Shown here: positions 9,000 to 17,867 of the stretch, piece by piece
How the letters are laid out: each line of letters begins with the position of its first letter
Position numbering within the stretch: position 1 is the first letter of the stretch
The notes under the pieces: model-generated
Database searches by the model: none
Told to the model about the DNA's origin: nothing
The model's input: the letters and a program-made list of their open reading frames with translations, nothing else
Program-made: the position numbers and the translations under genes
IMG/VR virus record: IMGVR_UViG_3300028048_000047
Span: 1-64,000 of that record
From: a virus
Taxonomy: Duplodnaviria > Caudoviricetes
Reading direction: 5' to 3' (one strand)
DNA: 64,000 bases

Positions 9000-9431
9000 A
9001 TGGAATACTTTAAACATAAATTAAAGAGAAGAGGATTATTTAATTGTAAAGAGAGTATGAAATTTTATATTAATAAAGAAATTTATGATTTATTTGATTA
9101 TACGGTTTTTTATAAGAATTCATTTTCTTTTGAGTTTTATACTTTAAATAAAGATTATAAAAAAATTTTTGATTATTTTAAAGAAGAATTTGATGCAAGG
9201 TTAATTTGTTGTGAGTGGGACGATAATTATAATTGTTATTGTGTTGATATTTCATGTGTTCTACTTATGGTTTGGTTAGAGCATTGGAATTGTAAACCTT
9301 GGATTTCATCGGGTGAATTGAATTGGAAAAGCATGGCTCGTGAAAGAGGTTGGTTTGATGAAGATGAATTGGATAAAGGGTGGATTGAATATAAACAAAG
9401 GATTGATAATTGGTTCAAAATGAATTATTAA
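9000..9431 (+). CDS. hypothetical protein
   Basis: ORF track; T-run follows. Confidence 0.6.
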   Translation: MEYFKHKLKRRGLFNCKESMKFYINKEIYDLFDYTVFYKNSFSFEFYTLNKDYKKIFDYFKEEFDARLICCEWDDNYNCYCVDISCVLLMVWLEHWNCKPWISSGELNWKSMARERGWFDEDELDKGWIEYKQRIDNWFKMNY

Positions 9432-9504
9432 GTGTGTGTTTCCTATTTTTTTTTAAATGAAAATAATTGGATAGATTTATATACTTGAAGTATTAATACT
9501 ATTA

Positions 9505-9638
9505 ATTGGTAAACATAAGAATAATAATTGGCTTTTATAATTCTTTGAGATTTTTAAAAGCATATGTGTGTTTTAAGTTGGTTATTTTGTGTGTGTTTTG
9601 TGTAATAACCATCTTAAAACCATTGAATCTTTTTTTTT
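9505..9638 (+). ncRNA. candidate small RNA (TATA, two hairpins, oligo-T)
   Basis: TATA 9476-9483; stems 9531/9561 and 9570-9586/9604-9620; T-run to 9638; no ORF. Confidence 0.45.
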
Positions 9639-9851
9639 AATAAAATTTTGGAAATAATTTATATTTTTTTTCAGTTTTTTTTATTTGGTAGATATTTAGT
9701 AATTTTTTTATATGGTTATAGATGTATTGTTATGGGTATGGGATAATTTATATATATTTTTCTTGTTTAAATATAGAGTTAAACAGTAAATTATATATAA
9801 CATTAATTAGATATTATATTTTTAACAAGAATTAAGAGGAGTAAAAATATT

Positions 9852-10052
9852 ATGTTAGAACATATTAATGAAAATCATATGTATTCAACAGATATCAATT
9901 TACCTATTGAATGTGTAATAAATAAATGTGATGATGTTGATTATATTGAACAGTATAATACATTATTTTGGTATGATGATGAAAAAGACAGAGAATTTTT
10001 AGATTATGAGATGAATTGTTTAAAAAACTTAATTCAATCTGAACAGATTTAA
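9852..10052 (+). CDS. hypothetical protein
   Basis: GAGGAG RBS; TATA-like element near 9791. Confidence 0.6.
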   Translation: MLEHINENHMYSTDINLPIECVINKCDDVDYIEQYNTLFWYDDEKDREFLDYEMNCLKNLIQSEQI

Positions 10053-10085
10053 TAAACATGAAAAAGGAAATAGGATTGGTGTTTT

Positions 10086-10307
10086 ATGAATGAAGAAATG
10101 ACTTTGGAAAACATAAATCAACTTGAAAGTATAATAAATAATTACATATCTACACACGATGATGATGAAAAAGTTACATCATTAATTATGTATAAAGTAT
10201 TATTATTCACATTAAATGGAATTAAATATGATGAAAAAACATTACATGATAAATGTTGGGAATATTATGAAGAAAATAAAGATACTTTATTAAAGAGTGT
10301 TCCATAA
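10086..10307 (+). CDS. hypothetical protein
   Basis: ORF track. Confidence 0.55.
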   Translation: MNEEMTLENINQLESIINNYISTHDDDEKVTSLIMYKVLLFTLNGIKYDEKTLHDKCWEYYEENKDTLLKSVP

Positions 10308-10343
10308 ATAAATTTTTCATATTTTTTTGAGGTTGAGTGAAAA

Positions 10344-11183
10344 ATGAAGAGGAATGAAATTAAATTTAAATTAGAAAATCATGATGGTAAAACAGTAGAA
10401 ATAGTTGCAGAAGTCATTGATGGGAAACTGTATAGAATGGGTAAACCAATTTTATGTAATTGTACTGGGAATACTTCTGAAACTGCAACTCCTTTTGTAT
10501 ATCAAGATAATCAAGTAGTTTGCCCTAATTGTGGACGAAAATCACATGATTTATATACTTTTGATGATTTTGAGAAGAATGAACTTGAAAATGTACATTT
10601 GAAATATTTTGGAACAGATTATATTACTATGCAAGATTTGTATAAAATAACTTATACATTACCTTATGAGTATTGGATTAAAGTTTCTGATTTGTTCATG
10701 AAATTGAAACCTGATATGGTCGATATGGGTTTTTTTGAACCTCAATTTGTGGGGTGGGTTACAAGTAATCCTGAGGCTGTTGAAGAACGATTAAATGTGA
10801 AACAAGAGTTAAGGGTTAATTATCAAAAAGAACAACAAGTAAAAAGACAAGAAGAAAAAAAGGAACATATGAACTTGTTACATGATAAAATTCAAAATAT
10901 TTTAGAAGAATTTTTAATTGTAGAAACTCCACCTTCACCTGATGGGGATAAATTTCATTTAGAAGGGGAATTCATAAATAATCCATTAAATCCTAAGAAT
11001 AATTATGGAGGAGGAGAATGGTTCGTTATATCAAATGATGATATATGGTATGTTAGGAATAATAGTAGAGATGGGGATAAATGGGAATTTAACAATGTTT
11101 ATGTTAAAGGAGAAGCAGGGGCAATAGGTAAAAAAGTACCTTACTCTGAGGAATTGGCGAATAAGATAAGGGAATTAAAATAA
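10344..11183 (+). CDS. Zn-ribbon-containing protein sharing a domain with 63630..63923
   Basis: CNC...CPNCG; LYKI...EYWIKVSDLF...GWVTSNPEAV. Confidence 0.7.
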   Translation: MKRNEIKFKLENHDGKTVEIVAEVIDGKLYRMGKPILCNCTGNTSETATPFVYQDNQVVCPNCGRKSHDLYTFDDFEKNELENVHLKYFGTDYITMQDLYKITYTLPYEYWIKVSDLFMKLKPDMVDMGFFEPQFVGWVTSNPEAVEERLNVKQELRVNYQKEQQVKRQEEKKEHMNLLHDKIQNILEEFLIVETPPSPDGDKFHLEGEFINNPLNPKNNYGGGEWFVISNDDIWYVRNNSRDGDKWEFNNVYVKGEAGAIGKKVPYSEELANKIRELK

Positions 11184-11272
11184 ATTTTTGGAGTGTGTAA
11201 ATTATCAAAAGGAAGAAAAGGAATACTCTTACAAAAATAGATACTTCTAATGAAGAGGATTCATTAAGAGAA

Positions 11273-11458
11273 TTGTTAATTGATATAGTTGATGAAAAAG
11301 GATTGATTTCAAAGTATACTCTTGAAGGTCATATTTTATACACTATGGGATGTAATAATATTCAAATGTATAATATAATTATGAGTTTGAATAATACCCA
11401 AGAATTAATAAAAATAGAGTTAAGTGATGGAGAGTATTATAAATTTAATCCATCTTAA
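11273..11458 (+). CDS. hypothetical protein
   Basis: TTG start after GAGGA. Confidence 0.4.
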   Translation: MLIDIVDEKGLISKYTLEGHILYTMGCNNIQMYNIIMSLNNTQELIKIELSDGEYYKFNPS

Positions 11459-11490
11459 AATAAAAGATTTTTAGAAGGGGTTGTTGTATT

Positions 11491-12309
11491 TTGGTTAAAA
11501 TTACTAAGGAAATGTTAAATGAGTTATTACTATATATTTCTAAGGACAATTTCAAGTATGGACTAATATTTAAAATAACTTATATTTATGGTAGGAATAT
11601 TGGTGAGGTTTTAAGGTTAAAGAAATGTGATGTTGATTTAAAACATAATACCTTAGATTTTGAATTACCTGCGGAAGATGTTAGTTTTATGTTACATGAG
11701 AATGTTAAAGAAGATTTGTTAAAATATATTGATAGTAAATCATTGGTTGATGATGATTATATTTTTATTGATGATGTTGAACGGATTAATTATTATATTC
11801 AACGATTGAATTCTTATTTGAAGAGTTTTATTAATTATTTAAATCATAATGTTTTGTCTTGGCATTGTCCATATCTTGTTAATCGTGATTTTAAGAATCT
11901 TAGAGGACAACATTTATTTATGGACGGTGCAGATATTCACACGATTAATGGATTATATCATAATAAGAATATTCAATCTGTAAAAGATAATATTGATTAT
12001 AATGAATTGGTAGTTGAAAAGTTTCCATGTAATACTTTGAGGAAGGTGTTTCATGAGTTTACTAATTTGAATGTGTATGTTGATACTAATTTTATGAATA
12101 CTGAATTATTTACTGTTTGTAATGGTAATGATAGTTTGGTTATTGAATATGATTATGATACAGGGGTAATTTCATTATTAGGGGATAAAAAGTCTGATTT
12201 ATATAAGGTTGTGGAATCATGGGATTATGATAATGTGTTTGATGGGGTGTGTGATTTGGATAGTGGTCATTATAAGTATTTTGGAGAATATAAAATAATA
12301 AAAAATTAA
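11491..12309 (+). CDS. tyrosine-recombinase-fold protein, catalytic residues degenerate
   Basis: YIYGRNIGEVLRLKKCDVD, DDYIF, RDFKNLRGQHLFMDGADIHTINGLYHNKNI align to Int boxes I/II without the catalytic set. Confidence 0.7.
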   Translation: MVKITKEMLNELLLYISKDNFKYGLIFKITYIYGRNIGEVLRLKKCDVDLKHNTLDFELPAEDVSFMLHENVKEDLLKYIDSKSLVDDDYIFIDDVERINYYIQRLNSYLKSFINYLNHNVLSWHCPYLVNRDFKNLRGQHLFMDGADIHTINGLYHNKNIQSVKDNIDYNELVVEKFPCNTLRKVFHEFTNLNVYVDTNFMNTELFTVCNGNDSLVIEYDYDTGVISLLGDKKSDLYKVVESWDYDNVFDGVCDLDSGHYKYFGEYKIIKN

Positions 12310-12357
12310 GTTATTTTTTTCCATTAGTTTTATATAATAAAAGAGAAGTATATTAGT

Positions 12358-12449
12358 AATGTAAATTAATTTTTCCATAGTGGAGGATTAATTTATAATA
12401 AAAGTGGTGAGATACAGACCCTCCTGCTTCATCACTTTTATTTTTTTTT
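12358..12449 (+). ncRNA. candidate small RNA (TATA, two hairpins, oligo-T)
   Basis: TATA 12329-12336; stems 12362-12395 and 12398-12441 with G-U pairs; T9. Confidence 0.5.
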
Positions 12450-12462
12450 GACAAAAATTATA

Positions 12463-12483
12463 AACCGAAACATTTATATATAA
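12463..12483 (+). promoter_or_regulatory. archaeal BRE/TATA promoter
   Basis: AACCGAAACATTTATATA, near-consensus. Confidence 0.7.
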
Positions 12484-12766
12484 TTATAGATTGACCCATA
12501 TTTTTTAACAATACCACCACAAAAACACAAAAAAAGAAAATCCATCATTCCATAAAAATAACACTAAAATACAATAAACACTTAAAAAAACATTTTAAAT
12601 AACAAATAACCATATTAAACAATATTAAATTCTTATTAAATTAATTTTATTCAACAAATAACACTAAACTTCCCATCACACCTATAATTAAAAGTATTTA
12701 ATGATATTGAATAGGTGCAACTTTAATAAAATTACTATTTTTTTTATGAATCATTTAAATAAAACT

Positions 12767-12791
12767 TTTTTTGGTAAGAGTGTATAATGAA
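12767..12791 (+). promoter_or_regulatory. 25-bp motif repeated at 55690-55714 (candidate late promoter/operator)
   Basis: TTTTTTGGTAAGAGTGTATAATGAA identical at both intergenic sites. Confidence 0.55.
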
Positions 12792-12905
12792 TAAAAACAA
12801 TTATTCTTATACTATTTTTTTATTTCATATTAATTTTTATTGATTAAATTCAAATTTATCCATTTTTCATATACAAATTTTTATTTTAAATTGGAGGAAG
12901 TATAT

Positions 12906-13391
12906 ATGAGAGAACAAAGGAAACATATGGACGCTTTTAGTTATTGGTTTGGATTAACAGAAAAAGGATATACTATATCAGAATCCGTTAAAGCAACAGC
13001 AGAACATTGTGATGTTGCTGTAAGGACAATATGGGTATGGTATGATGAATTTGACTGGAATGATAGGGCTGTTAAAAAAAGAGAAGATATAAATAAAAAA
13101 ATGGAAGAACAAGAAAATCAAACTTTGGCTGAAAACCGTGCAAATTATCTGAAAATATTACATAAATTATTAGACAATTATATTAAAGATGGTTTCCCAG
13201 TACAAATAGAAACTGTGAAAGACTTGGAAACTGTAATTAAAAACTGTTTGGTGTTACAAGATGCACCAACTGATGTTATTAAAAACAACACCACACAAGT
13301 AAATATAGATGCAGAACAATTATTTGATGAAGGATTAATGATGAAAATAGCACAACAAGAAGAGGAATTAGAGAATGAAAAAGATGAATAA
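12906..13391 (+). CDS. terS: terminase small subunit (putative)
   Basis: HTH (SVKATAEHCDVAVRTIWVW...FDW..R), overlaps TerL, GGAGG RBS. Confidence 0.7.
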   Translation: MREQRKHMDAFSYWFGLTEKGYTISESVKATAEHCDVAVRTIWVWYDEFDWNDRAVKKREDINKKMEEQENQTLAENRANYLKILHKLLDNYIKDGFPVQIETVKDLETVIKNCLVLQDAPTDVIKNNTTQVNIDAEQLFDEGLMMKIAQQEEELENEKDE

Positions 13392-15201
13392 GAAAGATTT
13401 CCTCAATGACTTATACTTGTTTTACAGATTGTTCATAGCATCAAACTATAAGAATAGTGTACCTGCACCACACATCAAAAAATTATCCCGTAAACTAATG
13501 GATTTAAGAAATGATAATGGGAAAAATAGATTGGCAGTATCCATGCCTCCAAGACATTCAAAATCAAGTATGGTAACTCTCGCTTTTCCATTATGGTTAT
13601 TGTTTCAAAATCCCAATACGAACATATTAATCGTTACAGGCTCACCTAAGTTATCTGATAAGTTTGGTATTCAGTTAAGAGAATATATAAGGAATCTCGG
13701 GCCTTATTTTAATGTTTATTTGTCTGATGTAAAACAAGCTTCCACACATTTAATGTTCTGTGATAAAGATAAAAAATTATATCGTGGAAATATATTGTTG
13801 GCAAGTAGTGGGGGAGGAATTACAGGTCAGGACGCAGATTACTTAATTGTGGATGACCCTTATCGTGGTAACGATGACGAATTCACCCCGGGAGCGTTAC
13901 AAAAGAAAATAGATTGGGCAAATCGTGTTGTAGAACAGCGTATTGAACCACACACCAAATACTGTATTCTCCATACTCGTTGGCATGATTTAAGCGATAA
14001 TACACCAGTTTATACTGTCAATAAAGGTTGGACAACACATGGTGATTTAAAAGTTGGAGATATTTTACTGGGGACTAATAATAAACATACAAAGATTCTT
14101 AAAGTTCATCCTAAAACTAATTGTAATAATTGTTTATGTTTTAGTAATGGTGATAAAATAGTATGTGGTGACGAACATTTGTGGAAAATCCATGATAGAG
14201 TTGATAATAAAACAAAAGTGTTAACTACATACAATATAATGCAAAGATTATCAAATGATAAAAATGGTGGTCTGTTATTCACAATCCCTTTAAACAAATC
14301 TAAATGTATAGCAATAATTGATGCTTACAAAACAAGTGAAATATATAAAAGTAACTGTATAACTGTTGATGCACATGATGGGATATATAAAGTGGGAAAA
14401 CATAAAACTCCCACTCACAATAGTAATGATTTGATTGGATATTATCATCGTGTAGACCCTGAATCATATGATTTCATAGAATTTCCTGCATTAGATGATG
14501 AAAATGAACCTTTGTGGAAAGAAAGATATTCCACAGATGAGTTATTGAAGAAAAAAGAGGTTGTTGGTGAAAGAGTATTTCAAAGTGTTTATCAACAGAA
14601 ACCTATTGATGCTACAAGTGATTTCTTCAATATGAAACATTTGAAATTTGGGTTACCTGAGAATTTTGATGAGCAAAGTGTTTGTAGAGCATGGGATATT
14701 GCTTCAAGTGATGCACTTTCTAATAATGACTTTACGGCAGGTGTGAAGATTCAAAGATATGATGATTATTGTATCATTAGTGATTTGGTTCATGGTAGGT
14801 TTGGTGGAAGTACTAAGAATATAATTCAAGGAACTGCTACTCGTGATACTCCGAATGTTCATGTTGTTATTGAAACTGGTGTTGCGGCGGCAGGTAAATT
14901 ACTTTATGATGAATGGTGTAATCAGTTAAAAGGTTTTATTGTTGAACAGGCTAAGGTTAGTGGTGGTGGAAGTAAAGTTGATAGGGCAACACCATTAAAA
15001 AATGCAATTGAAGATGGGAAAGTTTATATTAATATAGAAGACGATGAATTAAGACAGATTATGATTGATGAGTTGTCATCGTTCCCTAATGGTGAGCATG
15101 ACGATATTACGGACGCTATCTCTCACGGGTATAATTATCTGTTTGTTAATGAGGAAACGAAGAAGAAATCAACTGCTAAAATGGGTGTTGTGTTTTTATA
15201 A
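13375..15201 (+). CDS. terL: terminase large subunit containing a mini-intein
   Basis: SMPPRHSKS Walker A, ITGQDADYLIVDDP Walker B, TRWH, YQQ.P, RAWDIA, FPNGEHDDITDA nuclease motifs. Confidence 0.95.
   Translation: MKKMNKKDFLNDLYLFYRLFIASNYKNSVPAPHIKKLSRKLMDLRNDNGKNRLAVSMPPRHSKSSMVTLAFPLWLLFQNPNTNILIVTGSPKLSDKFGIQLREYIRNLGPYFNVYLSDVKQASTHLMFCDKDKKLYRGNILLASSGGGITGQDADYLIVDDPYRGNDDEFTPGALQKKIDWANRVVEQRIEPHTKYCILHTRWHDLSDNTPVYTVNKGWTTHGDLKVGDILLGTNNKHTKILKVHPKTNCNNCLCFSNGDKIVCGDEHLWKIHDRVDNKTKVLTTYNIMQRLSNDKNGGLLFTIPLNKSKCIAIIDAYKTSEIYKSNCITVDAHDGIYKVGKHKTPTHNSNDLIGYYHRVDPESYDFIEFPALDDENEPLWKERYSTDELLKKKEVVGERVFQSVYQQKPIDATSDFFNMKHLKFGLPENFDEQSVCRAWDIASSDALSNNDFTAGVKIQRYDDYCIISDLVHGRFGGSTKNIIQGTATRDTPNVHVVIETGVAAAGKLLYDEWCNQLKGFIVEQAKVSGGGSKVDRATPLKNAIEDGKVYINIEDDELRQIMIDELSSFPNGEHDDITDAISHGYNYLFVNEETKKKSTAKMGVVFL
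13987..14421 (+). mobile_element. 145-aa mini-intein (class 3-like, no homing endonuclease)
   Basis: DLSDNTPV...GDLKVGD (block A), GDEHLW (B), CITVD (F), PTHN/S (G); excision restores TRWHSNDL. Confidence 0.88.
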
Positions 15202-15240
15202 TTAAAATTTATATGTTCATAATAATTGAGGTTTATTTAA

Positions 15241-16566
15241 ATGAATTGGAGAGATAGGTTTAGAAAGTATTTACCATTTGTAAGAAGACCTACTTATAAT
15301 AGTAATTACAATAAGTTTATGAGTAATTATGGATGGGTTTTCAGTAATGCTAATAAATCAATAGGGGAGTACACTCTATATGAACGGGCAGAAAATAATG
15401 TTTATGTTTATAGAAGTATTGAAGTAATCTCTGATTCATTATTGATTAATGGATTTAAAATAAATAATCCTGATGATTCTGAAATTAATTTTGAAAGAAC
15501 AAAATATTTAACTGATTTATTTAATAATCCTATGGGTTATAATAGTCCCATGACTTATGCTTTGTTTCATAAACAATATATTAAAAGTTATGAACTAACT
15601 GGTGATGCTTTTATTGAAGTGAATTATGAAGAGTTTCCATGGGATAATACTGATTATTATAAAGTTTTAAATGGTTTTCAATTCATACCTCCTGAAATGA
15701 TTAAATGGTATGAAGATACTGAACAATGGGGTTATCGTACAAAACCTTCAATTCGTTATGAACATGATGAACTTATTCATATTTATGAACCTGATATAAG
15801 TTTAAAGAATGGTCATTATGGTGTGTCGAAATTAGAAAAAATTAAACAACCAATTTTGATGATGTGGTTGGGTATGACACATAACCAAGAATTATTAGAA
15901 AATGATGGTATAGACCCTCGTGCTGTATTGTCTTTTGACAAAGATGTTACTGATGAATCTTTTGAGAAAGAGTTGGATAGATTACAAGAATATGCTCAAC
16001 AAAGAAAAAGAGGAGGAACATTAGCAGTTAAAGGTGCTACTTTTCAGTCAAGTGGTATTACTAATAATGATATGGATTTTTTGTCTTTGATGAATATGTG
16101 CCGTGATATGATTTTATCGGCTTATGGTGTTCAACCAGGGAAAGCAGGTATTCGTGAAACTGCGAATATTGGTACTGGTACTGGTGAATCACAAGATAAA
16201 GATTTTAAGGATATGATGTCTGCTAAGGCGAAGATTATTGAAGGTGCGTTTAATAAAGTACTTGGACATAATGGTTTTGAAGAAGTTTTTCAGTTTAATG
16301 AAATGGATATTGAAGATAAATTGAAAAGGAGTCAAATTGAAAAGATTAAACTTGATTCAGGTATTTTAACTGTTAATGAAGTCAGACAAGAATATGGTCT
16401 TGAACCTGTTGCTTGGGGAGATATACCGAATGGTATGCAGAAAAATTTAGTTTTAAATGATTTGGAAGAATTACCGAAGGATTCAGAGAATACTGTTAAA
16501 AGATTTAAGAATAATATTGTCAAAGCAGGAATGTTGAGTGAATGGAGTAATACTGATGATTGGTGA
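15241..16566 (+). CDS. portal protein
   Basis: VYRSIEVIS, PMGY..MT, LTGDAF, ELIHI, GVS.L, LTVNEVR.EYGLEPV; follows TerL. Confidence 0.9.
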   Translation: MNWRDRFRKYLPFVRRPTYNSNYNKFMSNYGWVFSNANKSIGEYTLYERAENNVYVYRSIEVISDSLLINGFKINNPDDSEINFERTKYLTDLFNNPMGYNSPMTYALFHKQYIKSYELTGDAFIEVNYEEFPWDNTDYYKVLNGFQFIPPEMIKWYEDTEQWGYRTKPSIRYEHDELIHIYEPDISLKNGHYGVSKLEKIKQPILMMWLGMTHNQELLENDGIDPRAVLSFDKDVTDESFEKELDRLQEYAQQRKRGGTLAVKGATFQSSGITNNDMDFLSLMNMCRDMILSAYGVQPGKAGIRETANIGTGTGESQDKDFKDMMSAKAKIIEGAFNKVLGHNGFEEVFQFNEMDIEDKLKRSQIEKIKLDSGILTVNEVRQEYGLEPVAWGDIPNGMQKNLVLNDLEELPKDSENTVKRFKNNIVKAGMLSEWSNTDDW

Positions 16567-17347
16567 TTATGTTCCTTTGACTTTTAAGGCGTTGTCCAAA
16601 AATGAAAAGAATTACTTGAATTTACTTAATAATGGTATAGATGAATTGATACAATTAAGTATAAATTCATTGAAGACTAATGAAATTGAAGAATTACTTA
16701 ATATAAATGATAGTGATGAGTTTAAAGATGAATTTAAAAAGACAAGATTATATTCTTCTTTAAATGATTTGATGAAAAATAATTCAATTAAAGGAATAAA
16801 ACCTTTAAGACAGTTTTATAAGATGGGTTCAAAGTTAGGATATAATTCTATAAATCGAAGACCAAAAGATTTAACAGTTTATGATGAAGAGGCAATTAGT
16901 ATTTTATCAAATTATGTTAATGACTTAATAATGAATCTAAATGAAAGTGTAGGAATAGGCATAAGAAATACACTATATGATTCTAATAATTATCCAATTA
17001 GTGAAGTTGCATTGAACTTATTGAATGTACCTACTATGGTTATTGACAGATTTCAAATTAACACCCATAGTACAATGATTGCAACTACGGAGTATGGTAG
17101 AGCAATTAATACTGGTACTTTACAGTCATATGCAAATAGTGGTGTGCAAGATGTGAATATTATAACAACTGGATTACCTAATGTATGTGATGTTTGTATA
17201 GAAATTGAACAGAAAAATCCTTATTCTCTTGAAGAAGCAATGAAAATATTACCTGTACATCCTCATTGTGCTTGTTCTGTTATTTCTGCAAATAAATTAT
17301 ATTCCAACTTTAATAGTAATCCTATTATCATTGATTTAACTCAATAA
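16556..17347 (+). CDS. minor head protein (Mu gpF/SPP1 gp7-like)
   Basis: IATTEYGRAINTG, VCDVC, LPVHPHCACSV. Confidence 0.85.
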   Translation: MIGDYVPLTFKALSKNEKNYLNLLNNGIDELIQLSINSLKTNEIEELLNINDSDEFKDEFKKTRLYSSLNDLMKNNSIKGIKPLRQFYKMGSKLGYNSINRRPKDLTVYDEEAISILSNYVNDLIMNLNESVGIGIRNTLYDSNNYPISEVALNLLNVPTMVIDRFQINTHSTMIATTEYGRAINTGTLQSYANSGVQDVNIITTGLPNVCDVCIEIEQKNPYSLEEAMKILPVHPHCACSVISANKLYSNFNSNPIIIDLTQ

Positions 17348-17355
17348 TTTTATAT

Positions 17356-17800
17356 CATGGGCATTTCGGTACTTTATGAAATTGCTTTTTTTAGTAGAAG
17401 TATAAAAAACTATTTTAATACTAAAAAAATTGGGTTATGGGCAGGTTATTTAACATTATATATTACAATAGTTTAAGTGAAGTTGTATTTGTTTATCTCA
17501 TGTATTTTGGTATTCACTTCCTTTTATTGTGTTTTTTGTTTCATTTGACCTGGAATGTCATAAAACTTATCCCGTGCTTTAAATCGGCTTTTCTTTTGCA
17601 TTGAAATATATGTGTTGAAAACCTCCAATTTTTTTAGGAATAAAATATACCTCAGCTAAAAAAATTTGTGGGTGGATTAAAAAATCCACTCACATTATAT
17701 TAAATAAAAAAAACTCTTTAATTTGTCAGATGTTCCTTTAATATGTAAATAATAATATTTTACTATTTATTTTTTGTTTAATTCAAAAAAGGAACACATT
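17356..17800 (+). ncRNA. candidate large structured RNA in head operon
   Basis: multibranch fold closed by 17356-61/17571-76 plus further hairpins; G-U pairs; about 520 nt ORF-free. Confidence 0.45.
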
Positions 17801-17867
17801 ATATTATAGAAAAAATATTTTAAAAATCTGTTTATTTTAAAAAAGAATTTTTTGGAGTTGTAATAAT

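Noticed and set aside
11491-12309. Functional integrase with attP
   Set aside because: Catalytic residues appear replaced; no att site identified next to it.
12710-12720. AATAGGTGCAA matching part of the 27-bp repeat upstream of terS
   Set aside because: An 11-bp match is plausible by chance in AT-rich 64 kb.
17524-17601. 25-codon minus-strand ORF with upstream GGAGG
   Set aside because: RBS about 19 nt from the ATG and the region is better explained by RNA structure.
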